DNA of 64,000 nt from Synechococcales cyanobacterium VAR_4_metabat_354 (GCA_031414775.1 JANOQI010000042.1:32001-96000), one strand, 5' to 3'. Numbered from the stretch's first letter, positions 36,686-46,272 are shown. Notes: generated by a model not told the origin, from the letters alone. A program made the numbers and translations.

Positions 36686-38392
36686 ATGCAAGTTTGGCAA
36701 AATAACCAAGAAATTAAAAATGGTAGGTTTCTGATCCAGAAGGTTTTAGGAGCTGGTGGATTTGGGATTACCTACCTGGTGGTGGAGCAACAGACTCATA
36801 AACCATACGTCATTAAAACTCTTAATCATCTCCAACAAAATCGGGCAGACTTCATCGATCGACAAGAAAAATTCGTAAATGAAGCGCTGATTTTGAAAGA
36901 ATGCCGACATCCCCATATTGTGCAGGTATATGAGCTGATCCAAGAAGATGGTTTGTGGGGGATTGTGATGGAGTATGTCGAGGGTGAAGAACTAGCCCAC
37001 TATACCGACGAAAAAGGTCAGTTGGCCGAATCGGAAGCCTTGATCTATATCGATCAAATGAGTCAGGCTTTGGCTTATGTGCATCAACGGGGCTTTTTGC
37101 ATCGAGATATCAAGCCCCACAATATTTTGCTTCACAAAAATACCCAGCAAGCGATATTAATTGACTTTGGGCTGGCGCGGGAGGTGGTATCTGGTCGTCA
37201 GGCCAGCATGACTAATTCTACTACTGCCGGTTATGCGCCGATCGAACAATATCATCAGTCTAGTCCGGCTGGTCCTTATTCGGATGTTTATGCTTTAGCC
37301 GCGACCCTCTATCACTTGTTGACGGCACAAGTGCCGATGCCCTCTACGTTTCGCAGTTATGCGCCCCTGCCGCCACCCCAGCATTTCAACTCCCAGATTA
37401 GCGATCGAGTAAATGCCGCGATTGTCCAGGCATTGCACCAAGAGCATCAGCACCGGCCCCAGACGATGGCTGAGTTTCGGGAGTGTTTGGGGCTAGCCGT
37501 GATCACCCCAGCTCTGGGTAGCGCCCCCCCATCCACTTTGAAGACTCCAGTCGTAGACAGTTTGGATGTGGCCAGTTGGCAGCAGACGTTGGTGGCGGCT
37601 AGCAATCAGGCTGGTTTGAACGTTGCCGCCCAGCCAGTGGCCACCTCCCGAAAAACCGTTTTGCGTTCGGGTAGTTTTTGGCGGGGTAAAAATGTAGAGC
37701 TAGAGATGCTGTACATTCCAGACGGTGAGTTTCTGATGGGTGCACCAAGTGATGAAGTGGGCAGCTTGGCCAGCGAGAGACCCCAGCATCGGGTGCAGAT
37801 GCTATCTTTCCACATGAGTAAGTTCCCGATTACTCAGGAGCAATACTTGGCGGTGATAGGTAGAAATCCTGCCAAATTCATTGGTGAGCGCCGCCCGGTA
37901 GAAAGAGTTTCCTGGCATGATGCGACCGAGTTTTGCGAGCGCCTATCCAGCCAATCTGATCGGTTATATCGATTGCCCACCGAAGCGGAGTGGGAATATG
38001 CCTGTCGTGCTCAAACGACTACCGTCTTTTCCTGCGGCAAAAGTATTTATGCCAATTTGGCTAACTATAATCACAGCAACCATACCGGTAAGTTTGAATC
38101 CAATTTGGTGCGGCGAAAAACTAGTGCCGTCGATATTTTTCCGGCTAATAACTTTGGATTACATGATCTGCATGGCAATGTTTGGGAATGGTGTGCCGAT
38201 AATTATCATGCTAATTATGAGGGCGCGCCTGCAGATGGCGATGTTTGGTCAGCAGAGATCGAGCGAGAGCGTCGGATGCTCCGAGGCGGAGCGTGGGGGT
38301 GTCGTGCCCAGGAATGTCGATCGGCTGCTCGGCATTGGGAATTAGCCGTGAATCGCAGTAACAAAATTGGTTTCCGAGTGGTATGTAATTAA
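36686..38392 (+). CDS. Ser/Thr protein kinase fused to FGE-sulfatase (SUMF1) domain
   Basis: GAGGFG, HRDIKPHN, DFG, GYAPIE; C-terminal RLPTEAEWEYACRA, NNFGLHDLHGNVWEW, GFRVV. Confidence 0.94.
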   Translation: MQVWQNNQEIKNGRFLIQKVLGAGGFGITYLVVEQQTHKPYVIKTLNHLQQNRADFIDRQEKFVNEALILKECRHPHIVQVYELIQEDGLWGIVMEYVEGEELAHYTDEKGQLAESEALIYIDQMSQALAYVHQRGFLHRDIKPHNILLHKNTQQAILIDFGLAREVVSGRQASMTNSTTAGYAPIEQYHQSSPAGPYSDVYALAATLYHLLTAQVPMPSTFRSYAPLPPPQHFNSQISDRVNAAIVQALHQEHQHRPQTMAEFRECLGLAVITPALGSAPPSTLKTPVVDSLDVASWQQTLVAASNQAGLNVAAQPVATSRKTVLRSGSFWRGKNVELEMLYIPDGEFLMGAPSDEVGSLASERPQHRVQMLSFHMSKFPITQEQYLAVIGRNPAKFIGERRPVERVSWHDATEFCERLSSQSDRLYRLPTEAEWEYACRAQTTTVFSCGKSIYANLANYNHSNHTGKFESNLVRRKTSAVDIFPANNFGLHDLHGNVWEWCADNYHANYEGAPADGDVWSAEIERERRMLRGGAWGCRAQECRSAARHWELAVNRSNKIGFRVVCN

Positions 38393-38404
38393 AGAGTCCA
38401 GACT

Positions 38405-39718
38405 ATGACAGCCACAGTTTCTCTGGTTATTACTCAAGGTAAGTTGAGCGGTAAGCGCTATATTTATGACGCTCCGGCCACTTGTATTATTGGTCGGCAG
38501 GCAGACTGCGACATCCGTTTACCCAGTGATGCTGATCATGCTCAAGTTTCTCGCTATCACTGTTCGCTAAATATCAATCCACCTCATATCCAAGTATCAG
38601 ACTTGGGTAGTGGTAATGGCACCTTCGTCAATGGCCAAAAAATTGGGCAACTAGCTCCGACGGCCTCGGTCGATCATCTCAGTGGATATGAGCTGAAGCA
38701 TGGCGATCGACTTCAGCTGGGCTACACAGTTTTTACGGTAGCCATTGAGAGCGACTTAGCTGCGGCTGCTAGCGAGTCAGCACCGCTACCAGCGATCAGT
38801 CATCACCATCTTGGCAGTATTCCGGGCTATCAAGTGCTGAAGCCTTTGGGCAATGGTAAATGTGGGGCTGTCTATTTGGCACAGCAAGAGCAAACTGGTG
38901 AGCTAGTGGCTCTGAAGGTGATGCCGCCCCAAGCCGCCGTGAACGAGCGGGCGGTGAAAATGTTCATCCGCGAAATGTCTAATACCAAAGCCCTCAATCA
39001 TCCCAATGTGGTGAAGCTGTTGGACTATGGCGAAATTAAGGGACTGTTATTTTTTACGATGGAATGCTGCCATGAGGGGAACGTGGCCGACTTTATCACT
39101 AACCAGGGTGGCAAACTACCGCTGAAGATCGCAGTCTCCATTACGCTCCAGATTCTGTCGGGGCTAGACTATACCCACAACGCCGTCTTACCGGCAGTGC
39201 GCCTATCCGATGGCTCGATCGGGGAGGGGCAGGGATTGGTGCATCGCGATTTGAAGCCTGCCAATATTTTTCTCAGTCGCGCTGGCAAAAAAACTGTAGC
39301 TAAATTAGGAGATTACGGATTATCTAAAGCTTTTGAGTTGGCTGGTTTGAGTGGTCATACGGTGACTGGTCAGCCTGGGGCGATGGGTACCCCTGGCTTT
39401 ATGTGCCGCCAGCAACTCTTGAATACCAAATATGTACAACCTGCTGTGGATGTGTGGGCAGCGGCGGCCTGTTTGTATACGATGCTAACGGGCGAGTCAC
39501 CGCGCCGCTTTGGTGGTGGTGATTCGCCCTTGCGAGTTATTTTGCAAGAGCCAGCTGTGCCGATTTTAGAAAGAGACCCTACATTGCCACCGGCTTTAGC
39601 AGCGGTGATCGATCGAGCTTTGTGGGAAGACCCCGATCATCACAATGAAATTTTCTATAAACGAGCGATCGATTTCCGACAAGCTTTATTGGAAGCAGCC
39701 GCCGTACTTGTTACTTAA
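38405..39718 (+). CDS. FHA domain + Ser/Thr protein kinase
   Basis: FHA IGR..VSRYHC..DLGSGNGTFVNG; kinase ALK, HRDLKPAN, DYG, GTPGFM. Confidence 0.93.
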   Translation: MTATVSLVITQGKLSGKRYIYDAPATCIIGRQADCDIRLPSDADHAQVSRYHCSLNINPPHIQVSDLGSGNGTFVNGQKIGQLAPTASVDHLSGYELKHGDRLQLGYTVFTVAIESDLAAAASESAPLPAISHHHLGSIPGYQVLKPLGNGKCGAVYLAQQEQTGELVALKVMPPQAAVNERAVKMFIREMSNTKALNHPNVVKLLDYGEIKGLLFFTMECCHEGNVADFITNQGGKLPLKIAVSITLQILSGLDYTHNAVLPAVRLSDGSIGEGQGLVHRDLKPANIFLSRAGKKTVAKLGDYGLSKAFELAGLSGHTVTGQPGAMGTPGFMCRQQLLNTKYVQPAVDVWAAAACLYTMLTGESPRRFGGGDSPLRVILQEPAVPILERDPTLPPALAAVIDRALWEDPDHHNEIFYKRAIDFRQALLEAAAVLVT

Positions 39719-39762
39719 TGCTAATTCGAGTGAAGGCGGAACCGGAATAGGCAACCATCACG

Positions 39763-39829
39763 GCACTTAGCTGCACGCCAGAGGCTCACCTTACTGAGCC
39801 TCTCTGATTATTACATGCACTTAGTTGTA
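39763..39829. repeat. 8-bp perfect hairpin flanked by 13-bp imperfect direct repeats, downstream of rep
   Basis: GAGGCTCA-CCTTAC-TGAGCCTC at 39781-39802; GCACTTAGCTGCA (39763) and GCACTTAGTTGTA (39817). Confidence 0.6.
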
Positions 39830-39911
39830 GATAGTCCGAGGTTTTGTCTCTTTTCATGAGACGGCGTGGCCTTAGTAGCTTGGGTTTCATCGAGAAAACA
39901 ATAGGTAAATC

Positions 39912-40082
39912 ATGAAAACACATCGAAAAAATAGACACCGTTACTACGTACTTAAAGTACTGGAATTGACACTCCGCATAGTATTAGTGCTGATCAGCCA
40001 ACCGACAATTACCCCTAACACTTCAAGAAGCTCATTTGGTATGCAGATGGAAACTGCTTTAGAGTTTGCCATGACAGTGTAA
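39912..40082 (+). CDS. Putative 56-aa peptide, basic N-terminus then hydrophobic helix (not in ORF track)
   Basis: MKTHRKNRHRYYVLKVLELTLRIVLVLISQPTITPNTSRSSFGMQMETALEFAMTV; AGGT upstream; stop lies 7 nt from the rep stop. Confidence 0.4.
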   Translation: MKTHRKNRHRYYVLKVLELTLRIVLVLISQPTITPNTSRSSFGMQMETALEFAMTV

Positions 40083-40089
40083 GACAATC

Positions 40090-41013
40090 TTATTCAACTA
40101 TCTGGTATTTCTTTGTTCTAGGTTTCCACCCAAAAAACAACCGACCAAAATCCTCAACTGTTTCATCTCCATCAGTGCCAATCAAATCCTCTGGCTCCTC
40201 CTCCAGCTCCCGGAGATAATGCTTCAAAACTCCACCAGTGGCAATCGCTCGCATGTTATGGAGTTGGGTGGTCAGTTCTAGGAACCACTCCCGATTAGCC
40301 ACCATATCGCTTTCCTTCGTACAATACTTCAATAGCTCTGGCACTAAAATTGCAGGGTTGCTATCTTTTCTAATGGCCTGGACATCAATAATCGGGCTAT
40401 AGTCCACCCGCAGTGATTCCTGCCACAACTCCACCCACTTAGACTGTTTTATATATCCATGTGTAAAGTAGCTAGACGGAACCATGAGTAGGCAATGAAA
40501 GTGGGGGTGCGCATTCCCATCCTTACCCCTAGTTACTTCGGTCGATCGAAGCCAGCCAATCGCAGGAAAAGCTTTTCTCTCGACCAGGCGCTTAAAGCTC
40601 TTATTCATCTCAGTTAGAGTGCGCCGCAATTCTGAAATTGGCACATTCTTCTGTGTAAACGTCACAAATAACCACCGATGAGATGGGTATTTTTCAACTA
40701 TTTTCGGTAGAACCTGATAAGCTTTTGCCTTCCACTTTAGCGATCGTCGCCATTGACACACGGGACAGTGCCTCACTCTACAAAATCTACTATTCCTGAG
40801 CTTCAGCTTTAAGGTATCATCGTCGGCTGGATGTATCCCAAATTCTAATAATTGGCTACAAAAGCTAATCCTCTCGGAGTAACGCTCAAACTTAGACCCT
40901 GCATAGTGAGACTGTACAGTATCAGCAAACGCCCGATGCTTTTCCCACGGCTTATCCCGGGGCGAAATCTCAGATAGTAATAATTTTGTACTATTGGAGC
41001 TGCTAGTACTCAC
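40090..41013 (-). CDS. rep: Rolling-circle replication initiator, Rep_1 (pC194/pUB110-like) HUH endonuclease
   Basis: C..CRVRHCPVC, motif I FVTFT, motif II HPHFHCLL, motif III LLKYCTKESD; uninterrupted 307 aa. Confidence 0.93.
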   Translation of the reverse strand: MSTSSSNSTKLLLSEISPRDKPWEKHRAFADTVQSHYAGSKFERYSERISFCSQLLEFGIHPADDDTLKLKLRNSRFCRVRHCPVCQWRRSLKWKAKAYQVLPKIVEKYPSHRWLFVTFTQKNVPISELRRTLTEMNKSFKRLVERKAFPAIGWLRSTEVTRGKDGNAHPHFHCLLMVPSSYFTHGYIKQSKWVELWQESLRVDYSPIIDVQAIRKDSNPAILVPELLKYCTKESDMVANREWFLELTTQLHNMRAIATGGVLKHYLRELEEEPEDLIGTDGDETVEDFGRLFFGWKPRTKKYQIVE

Positions 41014-41018
41014 GTTAA

Positions 41019-42635
41019 TTACTTCAGGCCATAGGGACGGGGATAGGGTTTGAGCATTGGTCTGGCTTCATAGACCTGCCAGATTTGGGTGACAATGCCG
41101 CCACGATGCAGGGGAATGGTCGCGACTTTCTTAATCTCCTGAAAATATTTGCCCAAGGGTTCATAACCAGGTGTTTGGTGGTTGAGAGGACCTTTAATAT
41201 CAGCGGTGACTTCAAAGGTTTCGGTGCCGATATAGACAGCGCTTTTGCCGACCCAATCACTGGGTTTTGACCAGTAGGCAAAGCCGCGCAAATCAATATC
41301 AAAGCAAGTAAGGGGTTTGGTGGTGATGGAATGCAGTGCCATGGCTAGTTGTCCGGTGGGGAAATAGCGATTAGTGAAAATAAAATCACTGCGATCGATC
41401 GCCTGCATCACCAACGTCGAGTTTTTCAAAGCCTGTTGCAGTTCATCCACATCAATCATTTGAATGGAGTTGTCCTGTTTGAGGGTCAGTAAGCCGCCCG
41501 CGATCGCGTTCTGGCTAGGTTTTTGGAAGGTACCCCAGGCAATGTGCGAGAGGGCAATCACAAACAGTATCTGAATAATGACCCCGGAGATCTTCAGCCA
41601 ATTCCAGAAGCGGTCTGGATACTTGTGCCGCCATTGATTCGCCCATTCTGCTAATAGCATGGTAGCCGTCATGTATGCGGCCATGGGCCAACTGGGTAAG
41701 ACCTGTTGATAGCCAGCAATAATCATAAATCCCAAAATAATCGGCACTGACATCCACAGCACAAAGCGCTGACGAAGATCGGTACCCCGATGCTGCACCT
41801 GATTGACGATGGCACGACCGATCGACCACACCAGCGGCGGCCCAAAAGCTGGAAACAAGTACACCATATGGACTAGAAAGGTGACAAAGAAAGTTTCCCA
41901 GTTATAGCTGGCGTTGGGAACAGCCCGGCTGGATTGAAACCGGAAGGAAGCCCATTCATGGATCGAGTTCCAGTACAGCAATGGTGAAATAGTGCCCACA
42001 AATAGGATGACCGAGAGGACGATCCAGGGTGAAGATAATACTCGCCGATGCTTAGAGCTAGTCAGGCAAAAGCCCACCAGGCAAGCCCCTAGCAAAAAAC
42101 CATGATATTTACCCAGACAAGCCAAGCCCAGCAATAGGCCAATTAGGGCTACGCGATAAGTTGGCCGGTAGGTTTCCCGCCCAAAAAACTCGACGGTGGC
42201 TAACCACAAGGTGGCCATCCAAAAGAACAGCAACGGCGTATCAGGCATGTTCAAGATGCCAAAGGCGATGCTAAAAACGGGTACTAGTGAAACAATACCC
42301 AGGGTGAGCAGCGCAACTTGTCGATCGAACAACCGAGCAGCGGTTTTATAAAGAAAAATCAAAGAGCCGGTATAGATCAGTAGAGTGGCAATCCGGACGG
42401 TAAAAGGATTAACTGCCTTGGTTAGCCAAGGGCCAAAGCCCGTAGTGAAAGCTACCAGCAGCGGATGGTCAAAGTAGCTCCAGTCTAAGTGCTGAGAATA
42501 GATATAGTAATAGGCTTCATCAAATCCGATCGGTAGCCAGATGGCGACGATTGCGCGGGCTAGCAAACCCGCTGCCAAAGTACCGACTACCCAGCGATGA
42601 TGTTCATCGTTCAACCATTTAGCAGGATTTAACAT
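41019..42635 (-). CDS. Membrane glycosyltransferase family 39 (ArnT/PMT-like)
   Basis: DEAYY..YSQHLDWSYFDHP.L, PDTP, GLACLGKY; many TM helices. ATG 42635 preferred over 42716. Confidence 0.9.
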   Translation of the reverse strand: MLNPAKWLNDEHHRWVVGTLAAGLLARAIVAIWLPIGFDEAYYYIYSQHLDWSYFDHPLLVAFTTGFGPWLTKAVNPFTVRIATLLIYTGSLIFLYKTAARLFDRQVALLTLGIVSLVPVFSIAFGILNMPDTPLLFFWMATLWLATVEFFGRETYRPTYRVALIGLLLGLACLGKYHGFLLGACLVGFCLTSSKHRRVLSSPWIVLSVILFVGTISPLLYWNSIHEWASFRFQSSRAVPNASYNWETFFVTFLVHMVYLFPAFGPPLVWSIGRAIVNQVQHRGTDLRQRFVLWMSVPIILGFMIIAGYQQVLPSWPMAAYMTATMLLAEWANQWRHKYPDRFWNWLKISGVIIQILFVIALSHIAWGTFQKPSQNAIAGGLLTLKQDNSIQMIDVDELQQALKNSTLVMQAIDRSDFIFTNRYFPTGQLAMALHSITTKPLTCFDIDLRGFAYWSKPSDWVGKSAVYIGTETFEVTADIKGPLNHQTPGYEPLGKYFQEIKKVATIPLHRGGIVTQIWQVYEARPMLKPYPRPYGLK

Positions 42636-42742
42636 TGGCCAGAATCCCAACGAAGTGATTACAGAAGTCTTCAATATTCTAAGAGGCGGTGGGTATTTTG
42701 AAAAAGTAAGCATCAATTGCTCCCCGCTCCCCGGAAAACGCT

Positions 42743-43870
42743 GTGGTTAATCACTGGATAAATTGGCTAGAACAAAAATGGGTGGCCCCTGCCTATGCGG
42801 GTGGGGTGCTGATGGCGGTCTCGATTTGCTTTTTCGGGGCGGCCACTAATACTATGACCGGCTGGTTATATGTACTGAGTGCGGTGGGTATAGTATTGCT
42901 GATTCTCGCTGCTATCTTACCCATTAAATCTTTGCAGGCATTATCGATCGAACATTTGCCGATTTTCCCTATTACCCAGGGCGAAGATTTACAAATTTCC
43001 CTGCGGTTGCATAATCGCAGTAAACAGCCGCAGCGGTTACTTCAGGTGTTCGATCGAACACCGGCCAGTTGGGGCGAAATTAAACCCCTAGCGATCGAGC
43101 AAGTGCCCGCCCAAGGCAGCTATACCACCACCGTCACCTATACTCCACCCCAACGCGGCATCTACAGCTGGGACAAAATAGAACTGCGCAGTGGTCAGCC
43201 TCTGGGCTTGTTCTGGTGTCGGCGGGTGCGCCGTTCGCCAGCGCAGGTCTCTGTGTATCCGGCTTACCTGCGCCTGTCTCACTGTCCGCTGATCGATCAT
43301 TGGCAGCAGTCGGTACCAGCTAGTACCGAAACATCCTTAAATCGACCGCAGCTATCCACCATGGGTATCACCCGCAGTCTTCGTCCTTACCGCACTGGCG
43401 ACCCTCTGCGGCTCATTCACTGGCGATCGAGTGCCCGTTACGATCGGTTTCAGGTGCGCGAACTAGAAATAGCCAATCATGCTCATACCATTACGATTTG
43501 TTTAAATGCCAGCAGTGATTGGCTAGCCGCTGATTTTGAGCAAGCGGTGATTGCTACTTGTTCGCTGTACTATTACGCCCGCCAGCGCCAACTAGATGTG
43601 CAGCTCTGGACTTCCAGTCACGGTGTCCTGACCAGCCAGCTCGCTGTGCTGCAAGCCTTGGCTGCCATCCAAGTGACCACCATGAGTGTGGCACCACCAG
43701 ATGGAGCCGTCCTGTGGATCAGTAATCAGGGTGAAACCAAGCTGGCGGCGGGGAGTCGTTCTCTACTTTGGACATCCGCAAGGGGGCTAGGTCTTCATCC
43801 GGGTGTCAGTGTTGATGCTAATCAACCGTTATTTCCACAACTGCAAAAATCCGTTAACACCTTTGGGTAA
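42743..43870 (+). CDS. DUF58-domain protein
   Basis: RGIY.W..ELRS..PLGLF..R, LRPYR.GDP.R.IHWRSSAR...VRELE. Confidence 0.9.
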   Translation: MVNHWINWLEQKWVAPAYAGGVLMAVSICFFGAATNTMTGWLYVLSAVGIVLLILAAILPIKSLQALSIEHLPIFPITQGEDLQISLRLHNRSKQPQRLLQVFDRTPASWGEIKPLAIEQVPAQGSYTTTVTYTPPQRGIYSWDKIELRSGQPLGLFWCRRVRRSPAQVSVYPAYLRLSHCPLIDHWQQSVPASTETSLNRPQLSTMGITRSLRPYRTGDPLRLIHWRSSARYDRFQVRELEIANHAHTITICLNASSDWLAADFEQAVIATCSLYYYARQRQLDVQLWTSSHGVLTSQLAVLQALAAIQVTTMSVAPPDGAVLWISNQGETKLAAGSRSLLWTSARGLGLHPGVSVDANQPLFPQLQKSVNTFG

Positions 43871-43961
43871 GGCGGTCAGCCACTGGTTGAACATCGAACT
43901 AGGCATTGATTAAGCGAGCTTTGCGCTAAAATGCTAAAGCACCTGATTTGTAGTAGCAACC

Positions 43962-44312
43962 ATGAACCCGGCAGAAACGAAAGATCCCAGCGACAAAATG
44001 TTGGAAGCCATGCGCAAATTCTCGGAGACTTACGCCAAGAATACTGGCACCTATTTCTGTGCTGATCCTTCTGTCACCGCAGTGGTTATCAAAGGTTTAG
44101 CTCGCAACAAAGAAGAATTGGGAGCGCCCCTTTGTCCTTGTCGCCATTATGAAGACCCGGCAGCAGAAGTGAAAGCGGCTTTTTGGAACTGTCCTTGTGT
44201 GCCGATGCGAGAGCGCAAAGAGTGCCACTGTATGTTGTTCCTGACTCCTGAACAGGATTTTGTGGGTGACAAGCAAGAAATTTCGATGGCCGAAGTAAAA
44301 GAAACCATCTAA
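43962..44312 (+). CDS. ftrC: Ferredoxin-thioredoxin reductase catalytic subunit
   Basis: CPCRHY, CPCVPMRERKECHCMLF. Confidence 0.97.
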   Translation: MNPAETKDPSDKMLEAMRKFSETYAKNTGTYFCADPSVTAVVIKGLARNKEELGAPLCPCRHYEDPAAEVKAAFWNCPCVPMRERKECHCMLFLTPEQDFVGDKQEISMAEVKETI

Positions 44313-44317
44313 GAAAC

Positions 44318-44707
44318 ATGGCTGAATTTCCATCATCTGACTTGGCTTCAGCCATTGCCCAATTCAATCAGCAAGATTTTTATGCTTGTCACGATACCCT
44401 AGAAGCGATCTGGGTAGAAGCGCCTACCGATGAAAAAAAGTTTTATCAGGGGCTGCTGCAAGTGGCGGTAGCTTATTACCATTTGGGTAACAGTAATTGG
44501 CGAGGGGCAGTGGTTTTGTTAGGAGAAGGTCGGTTCCGGCTGTTGGCCTACGCCCCCAGCTATGCGGGGATTGATGTGGGTCAACTGCGCCAAGATACTG
44601 AGGTTCTATTCAATGATTTACAAGCCATCGCACCAGAACAGATTGATACCTTAGTGGCAGAATTAGCCAGTCAGCAGCGTCCTTATCCCCAAATTCACTG
44701 GATCTAA
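44318..44707 (+). CDS. DUF309-domain protein
   Basis: FN...FYACHDTLEAIW..FYQGLLQVAVA.YH..N.RGA. Confidence 0.92.
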   Translation: MAEFPSSDLASAIAQFNQQDFYACHDTLEAIWVEAPTDEKKFYQGLLQVAVAYYHLGNSNWRGAVVLLGEGRFRLLAYAPSYAGIDVGQLRQDTEVLFNDLQAIAPEQIDTLVAELASQQRPYPQIHWI

Positions 44708-44833
44708 CCCTGTATTCCAATATTTGCAATGTATTTAAACTGCTGAAACTTCCGTAAATTTGGCTCGTCATTGGATATTGAGAAATATTTTTGACGAGAT
44801 AACGAGTAAGTTATCAGCATTCACCGAGGCTTT

Positions 44834-45532
44834 ATGTCATTTGTCCGATCGACTACTATTCAATGTGTTTTAGCACTGTCTTTATGGGGTAGTTGTTTGG
44901 TGGCCGGGGTGCCAGCCCAGAGTGCTGATCAAGGAATTCGGATCAAGGCAGTCCGCCAAGCCGCTAATTCTAAAACACAGGTAGTGACGGCCAATGATAA
45001 CGTCCAAATTTCTTATCCTGCTCGGCAGCTGCGGGCGCGGGCAGATGTGGCGCAGTACTATATTAAAGAGCAGCGTTTGGTGATGACTGGTAATGTTTTT
45101 GTAACGCAGCAGGGCAATAGTTTGCAAGGAGAAACTATTACTTACTCGATTCGTAGCGGTCAATTTTTGGTGGTGCCCAAACCGGGCAAGTTGGTAGAAT
45201 CTGTCTATAATGTGGCGGAAAGTGGCAAGGGACGGCAGGATGTGATCATTCGATCGGATCGCCAAGAAGCCAATTCCAAAACGCAGGTAGTCATTGCTCG
45301 CGACAATGTGCAAATTTCTTATCCAGCGCAGCGGCTCCGCGCCAAAGCGCGACTTGCTCAGTTCTATGCCAAAGAGCAAAAACTGGTTTTGAGCGGTAAT
45401 GTGGTAGCGATTCAGCAAGGCAATAGTATTCAAGGGGAAGTGTTAACTTACTCCATTAAGCAGGGGCAATTTGTTGCCCGACCCAAGAGTGGTGGCGTGG
45501 TTGACTCTATTTACGTTGTCCCAGAAAAATAA
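44834..45532 (+). CDS. lptA: LptA/OstA-family periplasmic LPS transport protein with two tandem OstA repeats
   Basis: Signal peptide, then two ANSKTQVV.A.DNVQISYPA..GNV...QQGNS.QGE..TY units; lies upstream of lptB. Confidence 0.85.
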   Translation: MSFVRSTTIQCVLALSLWGSCLVAGVPAQSADQGIRIKAVRQAANSKTQVVTANDNVQISYPARQLRARADVAQYYIKEQRLVMTGNVFVTQQGNSLQGETITYSIRSGQFLVVPKPGKLVESVYNVAESGKGRQDVIIRSDRQEANSKTQVVIARDNVQISYPAQRLRAKARLAQFYAKEQKLVLSGNVVAIQQGNSIQGEVLTYSIKQGQFVARPKSGGVVDSIYVVPEK

Positions 45533-45543
45533 CTGAGATTGTA

Positions 45544-46272
45544 GTGAAAATAGTCCTAGATAATGTCCAAAAAACCTACGGTAAAAGGCAGGTAGTCAAA
45601 AGAGCCAGTTTGTCGGTCAGTCAAGGTGAAGTTGTTGGTTTGCTAGGACCCAATGGTGCTGGTAAAACTACAACTTTTTATATGGCCGTCGGCTTAGAAA
45701 AGCCTACTAACGGGACAGTATGGTTAGACGATCGAGATGTTACCAAGCTTTCGATTCATGAACGTGCCCGGTTGGGAATTGGGTACTTGGCACAAGAAGC
45801 CAGTATTTTCCGGCAGCTGACCGTGGCCGATAATATTTTGCTGGTGATGGAGCAAACCGGGATTCCCCGGCGGGAATGGCGGCAGCGTCTGACTAAATTG
45901 ATCGATGAATTTCGGCTCCAGCAAGTGGCTCACACCCTGGGTGGCCAGGTCTCTGGGGGGGAGCGGCGGCGGACGGAGCTAGCACGGGCATTGGCTGCTG
46001 GCCGTGATGGCCCTAAATTTCTGCTGTTGGATGAACCCTTTGCCGGAGTCGATCCGATCGCCGTGGCTGAGATTCAAAAAATTATTGGCGGTTTAACCAA
46101 GCGTAATATGGGCATTCTAATCACGGATCACAATGTGCGGGAAACTCTGGCGATTACCGACCGGGCTTATATCATGCGTGATGGCGAAGTATTGGCTTCG
46201 GGCACCACTGAAGAAATGTATAGCAATCCATTGGTACGAAAATATTATCTGGGCAATGAGTTCCAGCTGTGA
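45544..46272 (+). CDS. lptB: LPS export ABC transporter ATPase
   Basis: GPNGAGKTT, YLAQEASIFR.LTV, SGGERRR.E.ARAL, LLDEPFAGVDPI, ITDHNVRETL. Confidence 0.96.
   Translation: MKIVLDNVQKTYGKRQVVKRASLSVSQGEVVGLLGPNGAGKTTTFYMAVGLEKPTNGTVWLDDRDVTKLSIHERARLGIGYLAQEASIFRQLTVADNILLVMEQTGIPRREWRQRLTKLIDEFRLQQVAHTLGGQVSGGERRRTELARALAAGRDGPKFLLLDEPFAGVDPIAVAEIQKIIGGLTKRNMGILITDHNVRETLAITDRAYIMRDGEVLASGTTEEMYSNPLVRKYYLGNEFQL

Larger units (their letters stand above)
39719..41018. mobile_element. Integrated remnant of a small rolling-circle plasmid-like element
   Basis: Rep gene plus about 370 bp of structured DNA between two convergent chromosomal genes; no integrase. Boundaries approximate. Confidence 0.6.

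Noticed and set aside
39948..39960. GTACTTAAAGTAC palindrome as a LexA box
   Set aside because: Spacing is one base longer than the cyanobacterial consensus I recall, and it lies inside the small ORF.
40993..41020. Possible dif/Xer site at the rep boundary (TCACGTTAATT resembles a XerD arm)
   Set aside because: No matching XerC arm at 6-bp spacing, and the sequence overlaps the rep start.
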